Shown: in pieces, positions 27,840 to 37,346 of the stretch | Layout: each line of letters starts with the position of its first letter | How positions within the stretch are numbered: position 1 is the stretch's first letter | From: a virus | Lineage: Duplodnaviria > Caudoviricetes | Length of the DNA: 64,000 nucleotides | Strand: one strand, 5' to 3' | Virus record (IMG/VR): IMGVR_UViG_3300036855_000054 | Span: 33,058-97,057 of that record | Position numbers and translations under genes: made by a program | The notes under the pieces: generated by a model | Told to the model about the DNA's origin: nothing | Database searches by the model: none | The model's input: only the letters and a program-made list of their open reading frames with translations

Positions 27840-28072
27840 TCGGCACCGCCCCTGGTGCGCGTGTGCCCCGGGCAGTAGTCCTGCTGCTTGCCCTCGTGGC
27901 CCATGGCCTTGAGGCGCTTAGCCATCGCCATCGCGTAACAGCCGCCGGTGTCGTCTCCCTCGAACCTGGGGAGGCCGCAGCCGGGCGAGACCTTGTCGCA
28001 TCCCGAGGTCGGATTCCAGGTCATGCCGGGCGACCCGTCGTCGCCTCGGGTCCATTCGATCGTCGTGGTCAT
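27836..28072 (-). pseudogene. Gp37Gp68/DUF5131 radical-SAM-like gene, truncated
   Basis: TTIEWT...[15 protein letters not shown]...[11 protein letters not shown]-terminus only (78 aa). Confidence 0.75.
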
Positions 28073-28124
28073 CGTCGTGGGTCCTTTTGCGGTAGGGGGT
28101 ATCAGCGGGTGGGGTTGCCCGCTC

Positions 28125-28355
28125 TTACTTGCTGGAGTTCCGTCGCTTCCGGTGGCCGGCGCCGCCGCGCCCGCGGAACGTCGTACCGGCCTCGACGAGC
28201 AGCTTGTGCACGGACCCGTACGAGCGGCCCGTCGCCTCGGCCAGCTCTTTCACGGTGGCGCCCCGCTCATAGGCCGCCTTGAACTGCTCGCGGATCTCTA
28301 TCCGCTGGTCGCCCCGCAGGTTCGTCTTGGGGGGGATCCGGTCGATCTCGGTCAC
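28125..28355 (-). CDS. HTH DNA-binding protein
   Basis: [34 protein letters not shown]. Confidence 0.8.
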   Translation of the reverse strand: MTEIDRIPPKTNLRGDQRIEIREQFKAAYERGATVKELAEATGRSYGSVHKLLVEAGTTFRGRGGAGHRKRRNSSK

Positions 28356-28555
28356 TTCTCGGTCGTCTGCTCTCTTGTCGTGGTGGTGTGGACTTCGGCG
28401 GGGGCGATGACGGCGGCGCAGCGGCACGGCTCCGGTCCGGGCTGGTGGCACACGGCGCACTTCGGGCCGGCGTGCAGCGCGGCGACGGCTTCCCGCGCCT
28501 GCTCGTAGATCGGCAGGAACACTTGACCAGCGGCGGCAGGGGTCATGACCACCAC
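28352..28555 (-). CDS. Small hypothetical protein
   Basis: CAVC...CRC; coupled ORF. Confidence 0.45.
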   Translation of the reverse strand: MVVMTPAAAGQVFLPIYEQAREAVAALHAGPKCAVCHQPGPEPCRCAAVIAPAEVHTTTTREQTTEK

Positions 28556-28561
28556 TCCCCC

Positions 28562-29377
28562 TCAGCCCTGATCGGCGGTGTCGGCCAGCAGGGCGTCAGC
28601 GTCCTGCGTCGGGCGCTCCGGAAGGTCGGGGGTGAACACCCGCACCAGCGGCCCGTTCTGCTGCCCTGTCTTCTCGTCCAGCCGGTACGGCATCAGCACA
28701 CCCCGGTACGCCGACCCCACCTCGATGACCACGGCCCGGGTCTGGTGGTGCCGGTACATGGCCACGAGCATCTTGCGACGCTTCCCGACCTGCACGAACG
28801 CCCACAACCGGGTCGGCTCGAACCCCGTGCCGTAGGAGGGTGCGACCGCACGGCCGTCGTCGTCGGTGACCGTCTTCGCGGTGTCCGGGGTCATCAGGTC
28901 GGCGAAGCGGGGGAACTCCTCGTAGGCGTAGGCCACCGAGAACGACACGCTGAACCCGTCGGGGACCTGCTTGGGGTCCTCGGCGACGGTGAGCGTGTCC
29001 CCTTCCAAGGTGAGCACCACGTGGTGGGTGGTCTCCTTGCCCAGCGAGTGCACCAGCGGCTTGAACGCGGCGATCACGGCTTTCGCATCGGTCAGGGACA
29101 CCACCACGGGCTTGTGCAGCTGGCCTTCGCAGTGCTCATGGGCCTGACCGAGGGCGTAGCGGTCGGTGGAGGTGGCGATCAGCAGATCGGAGGTGATGAC
29201 GTCGATCAGCGCCGTGGACCGGTCGTCCGGGTCGGTCTCCTGCACGGTCCACTCGCCCCGGTCGGAGTGCAGCAGCACCGCGCACAAGGCGGGCAGTTCC
29301 GGATCGTCCGACGCGGTGAGCGTGGCGTCAGCCAGCAGGCCGACGAAGTTGCGGGTAGGGATCGTTGCAGTGCTCAT
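28562..29377 (-). CDS. DNA polymerase III beta-clamp-like protein
   Basis: ASDDPELPALCAVLLH...LIATSTDRYAL, EFPRF, YRGVLMPYR resemble DnaN domains II-III. Confidence 0.7.
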   Translation of the reverse strand: MSTATIPTRNFVGLLADATLTASDDPELPALCAVLLHSDRGEWTVQETDPDDRSTALIDVITSDLLIATSTDRYALGQAHEHCEGQLHKPVVVSLTDAKAVIAAFKPLVHSLGKETTHHVVLTLEGDTLTVAEDPKQVPDGFSVSFSVAYAYEEFPRFADLMTPDTAKTVTDDDGRAVAPSYGTGFEPTRLWAFVQVGKRRKMLVAMYRHHQTRAVVIEVGSAYRGVLMPYRLDEKTGQQNGPLVRVFTPDLPERPTQDADALLADTADQG

Positions 29378-29607
29378 GCGGTGGGGCCTTCTCTCTGCGG
29401 CAGGGAAAACGCGGGATGGGATCGGCGGCGCCAGCTGTGCCCGACGTGCCAGTTGCCGCTGAGCGCGGCGCACCGGTACACGTCGAGTCCTTTGCGCTGA
29501 CTGCCGGGATGGAAACGGCGGATGGCCTGCCGGGCGGTTTTACGGTCCGGGTAGGCGTACTTGTCGCAGGTGGCGCAGTAGAGGCGCGCCGCAAGTGGGT
29601 TGCTCAC
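29374..29607 (-). CDS. Small Zn-binding protein
   Basis: C..C.K.AY..RK.A...YRC....WHVGH. Confidence 0.6.
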   Translation of the reverse strand: MSNPLAARLYCATCDKYAYPDRKTARQAIRRFHPGSQRKGLDVYRCAALSGNWHVGHSWRRRSHPAFSLPQREGPTA

Positions 29608-29692
29608 GCAGCAGCCACCACGGGTGGGATCTCCTGGACAGCCCGCACCGTCTCGCCGTAGGTCTTCAGCGGCAGTTCTTCAGTGGCAGGAC

Positions 29693-30142
29693 TCATGACG
29701 CCTCCCAGAGGGTTCGGGGAATTCCATCGACCCCGCGGTCCTCGCGGGGTCGACTAGGGGTGTCCCACCCGCGACGTGGCGGGCGTTGCGCGACGACGCG
29801 CCACCCGGCGGCACGCAGGGATGCGCCGCTCTCGCCAGCCTGGGTGTAGGTGATCAACCGCCGGTAGCCGAGGGCTTTCGCTGCACGCCAGCACGCGGCG
29901 TAGAGCATCGAGTTGGCATGCTCGGTGCCATCAGTGGCGGTTCGGTTGACTTCAAGTGTTTGCCCGTCGGCCCACTCGCGGGCCACGGGGTAGCCGCACA
30001 TGGCTACCCCGACCAGCTCGTCAGCGTCGTTTGCTACCCCGACGTTGAACACCGAGCCCGGCGGTGGGCGGTGGTGCCGATGGTGCAGCGTCACAAACCC
30101 GCGGGCCGTGGCGCGGGTGACGGGAACCAGGCGCAGGCTCAT
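29693..30142 (-). CDS. XF1762-family (Mom-like GNAT) protein
   Basis: HHRHH.PP, GVAMCG.PVAR..DG.TLEVNR, ITYTQAGESGASLRAAGW. Confidence 0.85.
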   Translation of the reverse strand: MSLRLVPVTRATARGFVTLHHRHHRPPPGSVFNVGVANDADELVGVAMCGYPVAREWADGQTLEVNRTATDGTEHANSMLYAACWRAAKALGYRRLITYTQAGESGASLRAAGWRVVAQRPPRRGWDTPSRPREDRGVDGIPRTLWEAS

Positions 30143-30996
30143 GACGCGACCCCGCTGAGGTCGTCGAACAGATGCGGCTGGTCACCGAGCGGGCGGTTGG
30201 ACCACAACACCTCGGTCCGGTTGGCCCACGTGCCGCCCTGGCCCGTGGAGGCGGCCATGTCGAGGCGGTGCCACCCGGCGTACAACTCGTCGTAGAGCGG
30301 GGATGGGTAGCCGGAGAGGACGACAGAGGCGTCGCAGGCGACGAGCGCTGCCGCGAGTTCGCGGTGCTCGTCGTCGCTGCGCATCTCGTGGCGGTAGCCG
30401 CCGGAGACGCGGGTGCTGCCGACGTAGGGCGGGTCGATGTACAGGCAGACGTCGTCGTGGTCGCCGAAGCAGCGGATCAACTCCAGCGCGGGGCGGCACT
30501 CCAGGCTGACGTGCGCCAGCCGGGCCACTGCGGGACCCATCCGGGAGACGTAGCCAGCGAGGTAACCGGGCATCCCGAACGACGACCCGGCCGAGCCCTC
30601 GTAGTGACGCCAACCCGTGGGGCGCAGCTGACCACCGCGGCCCTGCGTGAGACACACCCACACCCGCCGCGCCCGTTCCAGGTCCGACACCGGAGAGCGG
30701 TCGGGAATCGCGGCCGCGATCCACTCCTGCGCCAGCCCCTGCTCGGCGCGGGAGTGCGGCGTCAGCGCGCAGACCCGCTGGAGTTCGTCAGACTGGTCGC
30801 GGAGCACCTTCCAGAAGGTTTGGAGGTCGGCGTCCAAGTCGTTGACCGTCTCCATGCGGCTCGGCTGCTTGGCCAGCAGCACCGCCAGCGAGCCACCGAA
30901 CGGCTCCACGTAGTGGTTGTGCTCCGGCAGGAGGTGGCCGATCTTGGCGGCCATGGTCTGCTTGGAGCCGAAGTAGGTGAACGGTGGCGCGCTCAT
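30139..30996 (-). CDS. Dam-like (D12) DNA adenine methyltransferase
   Basis: YFGSK, YVEPFGGS, ETVNDLD, YIDPPY, TEVLWSN. Confidence 0.92.
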   Translation of the reverse strand: MSAPPFTYFGSKQTMAAKIGHLLPEHNHYVEPFGGSLAVLLAKQPSRMETVNDLDADLQTFWKVLRDQSDELQRVCALTPHSRAEQGLAQEWIAAAIPDRSPVSDLERARRVWVCLTQGRGGQLRPTGWRHYEGSAGSSFGMPGYLAGYVSRMGPAVARLAHVSLECRPALELIRCFGDHDDVCLYIDPPYVGSTRVSGGYRHEMRSDDEHRELAAALVACDASVVLSGYPSPLYDELYAGWHRLDMAASTGQGGTWANRTEVLWSNRPLGDQPHLFDDLSGVAS

Positions 30997-31175
30997 GACG
31001 CACTCCCGTCGGTAGCCATCCGGTACAGCAGTTCGGCCAGTTCCCGGAGCCTGAGCCGGGCCGCTTCACGAACGCGGGGATCGGAGACCTCGGTGTGCGC
31101 CAGCTCCCACCGTGCGATCAGGATCTCCGACAGCTCGGATGCGCCCGGGGTGTTGTCGGGGTTGGGGATGGTCAC
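30993..31175 (-). CDS. Hypothetical protein
   Basis: 60 aa, coupled on both sides. Confidence 0.5.
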   Translation of the reverse strand: MTIPNPDNTPGASELSEILIARWELAHTEVSDPRVREAARLRLRELAELLYRMATDGSAS

Positions 31176-32743
31176 GAGGCAGCCTCGCTACCTTGGCTGC
31201 GACGCTCCTCACCGGTCAGGACCGTGGTGGCGAGGTAGTCGGCGACGAGGGGCTTCCAGTCGATGCCGAGCATGTGGCCGACCACGGCTGCAGTGACCGG
31301 AGGAGGCACGGCGTTTCCGACCTGCATGTACTGGTGGGTGCGGGTTCCCTGCCAGGGGTATCCGGCGCGGAAGCTCTGCAGGCAGGCTGCTTCGCCGACG
31401 GAGACCCGGACGGAGCCCTCGGGGAACTGGCGCTGCCCGCCTTCGCGGTCCCGATGCCCGGGTGGAGCCACCCGGGCATCGGCCTGGACGGTGGTAGCGG
31501 GCCGGGCTTGCACCCAGTCCACGGCGTTGCCCCTGCCGCCGAAGAACATGGTCGGCGCCGGCTCGTCGAGGCTGCGCGTGGCGGCGTTGGCGGTGTTGTT
31601 GTTCCGCAGTGCCCACGACAGGTTGGTGGTCCGCGAGCTGTAGATCGTCCCGGCCGGCTCGTCCAGGCCGCGGACGGTGGCGTTGCCCTGGGGGCCGTTG
31701 TGGAGCGTCCACACTGTGGTGCCCTTGCCGGTGATCGTGTCGGACGGGGCTTGCTCCGGCTCGCGATCCGGAGCAAGCCCCGTCTTCCCGGTGGCGTGCA
31801 TGTGCCATCCGCCGAGGACCCAGCGGCCTGAGTTCCGCTCCGCGTACAGAGCCCGGCGCGCGCCGGATCCGCCGACCTGTTCGTCGGAGCGCCCGCCGCC
31901 GCTGCCATTCCCATTGGTGAGGGTGAAGTACGGGCGGACAGTCATGCCCCAGCCGAGGGCCTGTGCCATCGACACCCACTTGGGCAGCGGGTCGCCGAAC
32001 AGATCCGGCTCCCCGGGCTCCTTTGTATGCGTCGGCTCCGGCGGCCCAACCCGGTGCGCGGGGTTGCGGGACGCGAGGAAGATGGCGCGCTTGCGGGTCT
32101 GCGGGACCCCGTAGTCGGTGGCGATGAGCACGCCGCACCAGGTGCGGTAGCCCTGCAGCCGCAGCGCCACGCTGAGCGCCTTCCACAGCGGGAGCACGCC
32201 GGGCACCTGCTCGCAAGCGATCCACTCCGGCGTCAGGACGTGGACGTAGCGGGGGATCTCCACGACCAGCGCGCTGGTGATGGCCTGCTTGCGCGCCCAG
32301 GCTGAGCGCTCGGCACGCGGCAGCCGGGACAGCTTCCGGTCGCTCATCGCGTGGGCCTTGAGGACGCGGGTGCACTCGCGCCGCACCCAGCCGATGACCT
32401 GCTCGCCCCGGGCCGCGCGGGCGATGCCCTCGGCGAGGATGTGCATCACCAGCCGGCCGGCACCCGGTCCAGACGAGCTGAACGTGGTGCAGGGCGGGGA
32501 GGCCCACAGGCCGAGGATCCCGCCGAACAGGGCCGCGGCCAGTTTGGACACGTCGGCCACGACCCTGCGGTGCCCTGCGGCGGTTGCCGTAGCCGCGGCA
32601 GCGGGGTCGATCTCGACGCCGAGGTGGTCCAGGTCGAGGATGCGGAGCCCTTCCGAGGCCCCACCGCAGGAGGCGAAAAGTTCGAGGACGTCGCCGGGGT
32701 TGATGTGCACGTCGACCGGCGCGGGTCGGAACGGGGCGACCAT
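31172..32743 (-). CDS. DNA cytosine-C5 methyltransferase
   Basis: ELFASCGG, ASPPCTTFS, CEQVPGV, YGVPQTRKR, repeated PA.TI TRD segments, QVGNAVPP. Confidence 0.92.
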   Translation of the reverse strand: MVAPFRPAPVDVHINPGDVLELFASCGGASEGLRILDLDHLGVEIDPAAAATATAAGHRRVVADVSKLAAALFGGILGLWASPPCTTFSSSGPGAGRLVMHILAEGIARAARGEQVIGWVRRECTRVLKAHAMSDRKLSRLPRAERSAWARKQAITSALVVEIPRYVHVLTPEWIACEQVPGVLPLWKALSVALRLQGYRTWCGVLIATDYGVPQTRKRAIFLASRNPAHRVGPPEPTHTKEPGEPDLFGDPLPKWVSMAQALGWGMTVRPYFTLTNGNGSGGGRSDEQVGGSGARRALYAERNSGRWVLGGWHMHATGKTGLAPDREPEQAPSDTITGKGTTVWTLHNGPQGNATVRGLDEPAGTIYSSRTTNLSWALRNNNTANAATRSLDEPAPTMFFGGRGNAVDWVQARPATTVQADARVAPPGHRDREGGQRQFPEGSVRVSVGEAACLQSFRAGYPWQGTRTHQYMQVGNAVPPPVTAAVVGHMLGIDWKPLVADYLATTVLTGEERRSQGSEAAS

Positions 32744-32910
32744 CACAGCACCCCCGTGGCGATGCGGGCGATGGAGTCGAAGACGACGACCGCGAGGAAC
32801 GAGAGAGCGCCGAGGACGAGGAGCAGCGCGATCCAGCCGGCGATGACGGCGCCCAGTCCGGGGCGGCCACGGTCGGATGCCCGGACACGGAAGTCGCGGT
32901 GGGCGTTCAT
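32743..32910 (-). CDS. Small membrane protein
   Basis: Single TM helix. Confidence 0.45.
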   Translation of the reverse strand: MNAHRDFRVRASDRGRPGLGAVIAGWIALLLVLGALSFLAVVVFDSIARIATGVL

Positions 32911-32915
32911 GCGGC

Positions 32916-33482
32916 TCACGCGGCACCAGCCCAAGCGGCGTACTCGCCGATGACCTCTGCACGCCCGTCACTGGTCAGCAGCGCCACCACGGGCTCTTCC
33001 AGTGCCTCACCCCCGTATGCGGCCAGCAGCACCAGCCGGCCGTCCGGGTCGTGTCGGCGGTCCAGGATCCAGCCGTTGGCCACGTAGAGCGCCCGGTTGC
33101 CGTGGGTGTCGGTGACCGCGCTATGACAGAAACGGCAGGCGTGTAAACCGTCGCTGGCCGTCCACATGCCGCCCTGGGATCGGGCGACACGGTGCGAGAA
33201 GTCCCTGCCCCAGCGGGCGCACAGGCCGTTGACGCGGACCTCGCACAGGCCGCCGCTGCGCCTGGTCACCAGCCGTTTCGCGGCTGCCTCACCGGTCAGC
33301 TTGGGTGGCTTCCGCTTCCGTGGCGGTTCGGCGGGCCCGACGGGTCGCACGCGGGCACGCTTGAGCGCGGCCAGCTGCGAGTCACGGCGCCACGCCCGGT
33401 CAGCGTCCAGGGTCTTCTGCTTGGGCACCGACGGTGCGGTGCGCTGGAGTCCCTTGCCGGGCTTGAGGTGGGTCTGCTTCAC
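32916..33482 (-). CDS. HNH-like endonuclease
   Basis: RSGGLCEV...C...SHRVARSQGG...LHACRFCH. Confidence 0.75.
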   Translation of the reverse strand: MKQTHLKPGKGLQRTAPSVPKQKTLDADRAWRRDSQLAALKRARVRPVGPAEPPRKRKPPKLTGEAAAKRLVTRRSGGLCEVRVNGLCARWGRDFSHRVARSQGGMWTASDGLHACRFCHSAVTDTHGNRALYVANGWILDRRHDPDGRLVLLAAYGGEALEEPVVALLTSDGRAEVIGEYAAWAGAA

Positions 33483-33892
33483 GCTGGCACCGCCTCGAAC
33501 TGCCCAGCGACAGCAGCAGCCACCTCGGGGGGCAGGGTCCACCAGCCCTGATGTCCACGGCACGGCACCGGAGTGGCCAACGGGCGCACACCCCGCAACT
33601 CCCAGTGCCACACCGCCGCGCCCTGCTCACCCCACGGTGCGCAACAGCCGTGAGCACGGTGACAGCCGGCGAGGTTGGCGACAGCGACCACCGCACCGCG
33701 CGGATAGGTGTTGCGGGTGAACCTCTCCAGTAGCCGGGCCAACCGGGCGGACACCGGGTCCACGATCAGCCCGGCGTGGACGGCGAACCGGTCACGGATG
33801 TGGCAGCGAGACGGCCGGTTCTCGATGGGCTTGCCGAAGTAGGCGACGCACGTCGCGTGCGGCTGGTGAAGGGTCAGCGCGCGGGTGATCAC
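33479..33892 (-). CDS. ASCH-domain protein
   Basis: ALTLHQPHA...GKPIENR...AVHAG...PCRGHQGWW. Confidence 0.8.
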   Translation of the reverse strand: MITRALTLHQPHATCVAYFGKPIENRPSRCHIRDRFAVHAGLIVDPVSARLARLLERFTRNTYPRGAVVAVANLAGCHRAHGCCAPWGEQGAAVWHWELRGVRPLATPVPCRGHQGWWTLPPEVAAAVAGQFEAVPA

Positions 33893-34035
33893 CAGACCAC
33901 CGGCATCCCGGCCAGCGTCTCCGCGCCGATCATCGCCAGGAACGCCAGTACGGCCAGCCCGACCGCGCACAGGGCCAGCAGCAGCGCCCTCGTCCGTGGC
34001 GACAGCCGCACCCTTGTCCTGGCGTGCGCCGCCAT
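33889..34035 (-). CDS. Small membrane protein
   Basis: Manual translation MAAHARTR...ALLLALCAVGLAVLAFLAMIG; coupled. Confidence 0.45.
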   Translation of the reverse strand: MAAHARTRVRLSPRTRALLLALCAVGLAVLAFLAMIGAETLAGMPVVW

Positions 34036-34268
34036 CAGAGCTGGTCACGACTACCCAGCTCGGCCCGCAGCACGTGGAGCTCGAAAAGTGTGTCCTGCAC
34101 CTGCCGCAGCAGCGGCTTCATCCGGTGGTGCAGATCCTGCTGCTCCTGCTCCACGGCGTGGATGCGGGCGCGGAGATCCACCACGCTCATGTCCTCTACA
34201 GCGAGGGACTCCACGGCGGGGCCGGGATCGGGGTCCCGATCACAGGCGAGTTCGATGGGTGTGCGCAT
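34035..34268 (-). CDS. Small coiled-coil protein
   Basis: 77 aa, RBS GAGGAG. Confidence 0.55.
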   Translation of the reverse strand: MRTPIELACDRDPDPGPAVESLAVEDMSVVDLRARIHAVEQEQQDLHHRMKPLLRQVQDTLFELHVLRAELGSRDQL

Positions 34269-34346
34269 GGGCGGGCTCCTCGGTTTGCGGCAGGGGAAAC
34301 GCCCGAGGCTGGGTAGACCTCGAACGCGGATCAGAGAGGTGACGGC

Positions 34347-34577
34347 TCACAGTGGGCCACCGCCCCAGTACCAGGTCATGAACGCCGCGGTGGCCCAGAA
34401 CGACATGGCGGCCACCGGGATCAGCAAGACCAGCGCACCGACGCCGATGCCGAACCACCAGAGCAGGTCACGGGGCCGCGGGCGGCGAAGACTGGCGGTG
34501 CGCAAGGCCAGATCCCGGGCATGCGAATGCGACCATGCGATGAGTCGCGCGGCCTTGCTACAGGTAGCGGTGGTCAT
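34347..34577 (-). CDS. Small membrane protein
   Basis: C-terminal TM; ATGA coupling. Confidence 0.5.
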   Translation of the reverse strand: MTTATCSKAARLIAWSHSHARDLALRTASLRRPRPRDLLWWFGIGVGALVLLIPVAAMSFWATAAFMTWYWGGGPL

Positions 34578-35485
34578 GACGCGTCCCGCTCGGCCGATGC
34601 GGGTTCGCCGGAGCGGCAGCCGTAGGGACTACAACCGTCCGGGTCGCCTTCCTCGGCGAGCAGGTCGAAAATGTCGCCCTGCCGGTCGCCCCACTCCTTG
34701 CGGGTGACGCGGTCGATTGGGGCAATGGACAGCGGAATGCGGGAGCGGTGCAGGAACGCCTCACCGTTCAGCGGGAGGCCACGGGAGCCGCCCTTGCGGA
34801 TCTCCTCATCGAACGCGACCGCGTCGGCCCACTCGCCGGGGTTGTTGTCCCGCAGGTCGCGCCACTGGGCGTTGCCGTGGAAAGGGCATCCAATGCAGGC
34901 ACTCTTGACGGTGTCACCCCAGCCCCGGGAGGCGAGGAACCGGATGCAGTCCTTGCGGCTCATGCCCAGTTCGAGCAGCGGGTACCGGGGCCGCAGGTAG
35001 CTGACGCCGAGCTTGTCGCTGACCCGGTGGATCTCGTCGGTGGTGAACCCGATCCACTGCTCCGCGATGCGGCCCTTGGGGACGCGCCGGAAGTCGGGAG
35101 GTGTGGCGCCGAGCAGTTCACGGACCTTGCGGTTGATCGGGGCCAGCTTGTATTCGGACGTGCACTGCCGTCGGCCCATGCCGTCCGAACCGTCGGGGTT
35201 GCGCACGAAGTAGGGCACCGATGCGTACCGGTGCTCGGGGTCGATGCAATCGGTGCGCAGATTGCCCTTGGCGACCCGATACAGCGGGACGCCGATCTCG
35301 TGGAGCACCGCCTCGATGCGGCCCAGTTGCCGGTAGACCTTGGCGGGCTCCCAGCCGGTGTCAGCGAAGATCGCCACGTCCGGCTTGGGCAGCGTGCCCT
35401 CGGCGTACATCAGAGTGATCGCTGCGGACTGCACACCGACACCGGTGGAGTGCGCGCTGATGGTGGGTGCTGGACAGATGTCCAT
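34574..35485 (-). CDS. PAPS-reductase-like (PP-loop) phage enzyme
   Basis: G.GVQS, AIFADTGWEP, RQCTSEYKL.PI, YPL, KSACIGCPFH. Confidence 0.8.
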   Translation of the reverse strand: MDICPAPTISAHSTGVGVQSAAITLMYAEGTLPKPDVAIFADTGWEPAKVYRQLGRIEAVLHEIGVPLYRVAKGNLRTDCIDPEHRYASVPYFVRNPDGSDGMGRRQCTSEYKLAPINRKVRELLGATPPDFRRVPKGRIAEQWIGFTTDEIHRVSDKLGVSYLRPRYPLLELGMSRKDCIRFLASRGWGDTVKSACIGCPFHGNAQWRDLRDNNPGEWADAVAFDEEIRKGGSRGLPLNGEAFLHRSRIPLSIAPIDRVTRKEWGDRQGDIFDLLAEEGDPDGCSPYGCRSGEPASAERDAS

Positions 35486-35585
35486 CGGTGGGGTCGCCTC
35501 GCGGTTGCGGTAGGGGAGAAAAAGCCAGCGGGATGGGTGGTCCCACTGGTAGAGACTTTATCAACTTCGGGCGCGCACCACTAGA

Positions 35586-35948
35586 TCAACCCCTGATGCC
35601 GCGCCGTCTCTGTGACCGGACTGTGGCTCGATACGCCCTCAACTCGGACATGCGCAGACCGTCCGGATACCGCCACACCGCGATGTGCGGGGCGCTGGCC
35701 CACCACCGGACCGTCGCCGGCTGCACCCCGAACAGTGCGGCGGCTTCCTCGTCACTGACGTACTCGCCCGGATCGGGATGCGGCACTACCCACGCCTCCC
35801 CCAGTGCCACTGCGGCCTTATCCAGCGCCGCGCACTCCTCCGGGGCCGCCTTGAGCAGAGCCGCCCGGTAGGACCAGAACACGAGGGTCCGGCGGGTCAG
35901 TGCATCGTCGCCAGGGTTCGGCCACTTCGACCGGGGATCCCGCGTCAT
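35586..35948 (-). CDS. HTH DNA-binding protein
   Basis: EEAAALFGVQPATVRWWAS MerR/excisionase-like HTH. Confidence 0.7.
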   Translation of the reverse strand: MTRDPRSKWPNPGDDALTRRTLVFWSYRAALLKAAPEECAALDKAAVALGEAWVVPHPDPGEYVSDEEAAALFGVQPATVRWWASAPHIAVWRYPDGLRMSELRAYRATVRSQRRRGIRG

Positions 35949-36796
35949 CCCGCAGCGGTGCCGGTGAGGATGGACCGCAGATCCACGTAGTCGTCCCACT
36001 TCCAGCGGCTGCGGCACTCGACGCAGAACACCTCGTCGGACCCCGGCCAGTGCAACAGCCCGAACTGGTAACAGCCCCGGTTCCTGCACGGCATAGACAG
36101 GTGATCCGGCCTGTTGACGTGGGACCCCGCGGCCAGCGCGGAGTCGTGCAGCGACAGCATCTGCAGTCCGGCGTCTACCCCGTCCCGCTCGATCCACGAC
36201 GCCCGGCCACGGCGGGTCGCCTGCTCGAGGTCGGGGAGGCTGCCCGCCATGTACTCCTGTGGGCCGAGGCTGAGCAGCAGGCCGAGGTGGTGCTGCAGCA
36301 GCGCGCACGCCTTCCCCACCCGGAACGGCACCCGCGTGTGGGCCATCTGGCCGGAGTCCCATTCCTCGCTGCCCGCGTGGTCGTCGGTGATCTCCGCCCA
36401 CACGGTGGTTTCGTGCACGATCAGCTCCAGCAGGGCGTAGATCGGCTCCTGCCACGGCGCCAGGGGGCCGGGTGCGGGGCGGGTGATCTCGCCTCGCTCA
36501 CCGGACGATCCGGCGAGGTGGCGCGGCAGCAGGATCGACAGCGCGATCACGTCCATCGGCACGCCGGCGAGGGCGTAGTCCACCTCGGAGGTGCAGCTGT
36601 TGCACAGCCCGTACAGGCTCCCCGGCACCGGGTCCCGCTCCACCTGACTGCCCCGGACCTTGGGTAGCGGCACGTCCCGGCCCACCAGTTCCGCGCCCAC
36701 CCGCTCCAGACGCTCCCCGGTGACCGGGTCCATCAGGGTCACGCTCGCTGAGCATCGCTCCGCGCGCCGGCACCGGAACTCTTGGCCATCGTTCAC
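35945..36796 (-). CDS. Zn-ribbon phage protein (possible transcription regulator)
   Basis: RBS GGAGG before GTG 36796; LCNSC and C-terminal C...C / CVEC..W; paired with HTH gene. Confidence 0.65.
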   Translation of the reverse strand: MNDGQEFRCRRAERCSASVTLMDPVTGERLERVGAELVGRDVPLPKVRGSQVERDPVPGSLYGLCNSCTSEVDYALAGVPMDVIALSILLPRHLAGSSGERGEITRPAPGPLAPWQEPIYALLELIVHETTVWAEITDDHAGSEEWDSGQMAHTRVPFRVGKACALLQHHLGLLLSLGPQEYMAGSLPDLEQATRRGRASWIERDGVDAGLQMLSLHDSALAAGSHVNRPDHLSMPCRNRGCYQFGLLHWPGSDEVFCVECRSRWKWDDYVDLRSILTGTAAG

Positions 36797-36843
36797 TACG
36801 CCTCCCTCGTCTCGAATACAGGGCATGCAGAAGGCGAGGGGGC

Positions 36844-37089
36844 TTAGCGGGGTGGGCGGCCCCGGAGTTGATGCGCGGCCAGCCGGCCTACCGCCGCGGC
36901 GAGACGACCGGACGCCACGAGTACGTCCAGGGCTGCTGTGCCCGTGTCCGCTATCAACGCCTGCCGGTAGAGGGTGGCGGCGTGCGTCGGGTCCGGTGCT
37001 GCCCACGGGATGCGGGACAGGTCAGGACAGGAGGAGGCCAGTTCGGCGGCTGTGGTGTAGCGCGGGCAGGTATCGGTGTCGATCGTCAT
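36844..37089 (-). CDS. Hypothetical protein
   Basis: 81 aa ORF from MTIDTDTC. Confidence 0.4.
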   Translation of the reverse strand: MTIDTDTCPRYTTAAELASSCPDLSRIPWAAPDPTHAATLYRQALIADTGTAALDVLVASGRLAAAVGRLAAHQLRGRPPR

Positions 37090-37212
37090 TGCGGCAGGGA
37101 TCCCCAGTGGTGCGCGGGTGGGTGCCGATTGGGTAGATCGGCGCCGTGAGTGTAATGCGGCAGGTGAACGGCAGGACACAAGGACTGGACTGGCGAACGG
37201 GCCGTCCCGCAC

Positions 37213-37254
37213 AAAAAAAGAACGCCGAGCCCCGGTCTGGCGGCTCGGCGTTCT
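37213..37254 (-). terminator. Rho-independent terminator
   Basis: AGAACGCCGAGCC / GGCTCGGCGTTCT 13-bp stem followed by a 7-T tract on the minus strand. Confidence 0.9.
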
Positions 37255-37265
37255 CTGCAAGTAGT

Positions 37266-37334
37266 GGCGAGGAAAGCGAGAGGACTAGATCACATTCCAA
37301 AGTGTGTAGAAGGAAGCCCTCTCATGGCCTCACC
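37266..37334 (-). ncRNA. Putative structured small RNA (Y-RNA-like rod with apical anticodon-like loop)
   Basis: Nested stems GGUGAGG/CCUCGCC, GAGAGGGCU/AGUCCUCUC and CACA/UGUG with loop CUUUGGAA; upstream extended -10 TGCTACCGT (37346-37338); separate terminator downstream. Confidence 0.6.
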
Positions 37335-37346
37335 GTCACGGTAGCA

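Noticed and set aside
37266-37334. Possible tRNA gene
   Set aside because: No D arm, T arm (GTTC) or cloverleaf; treated as a different structured RNA
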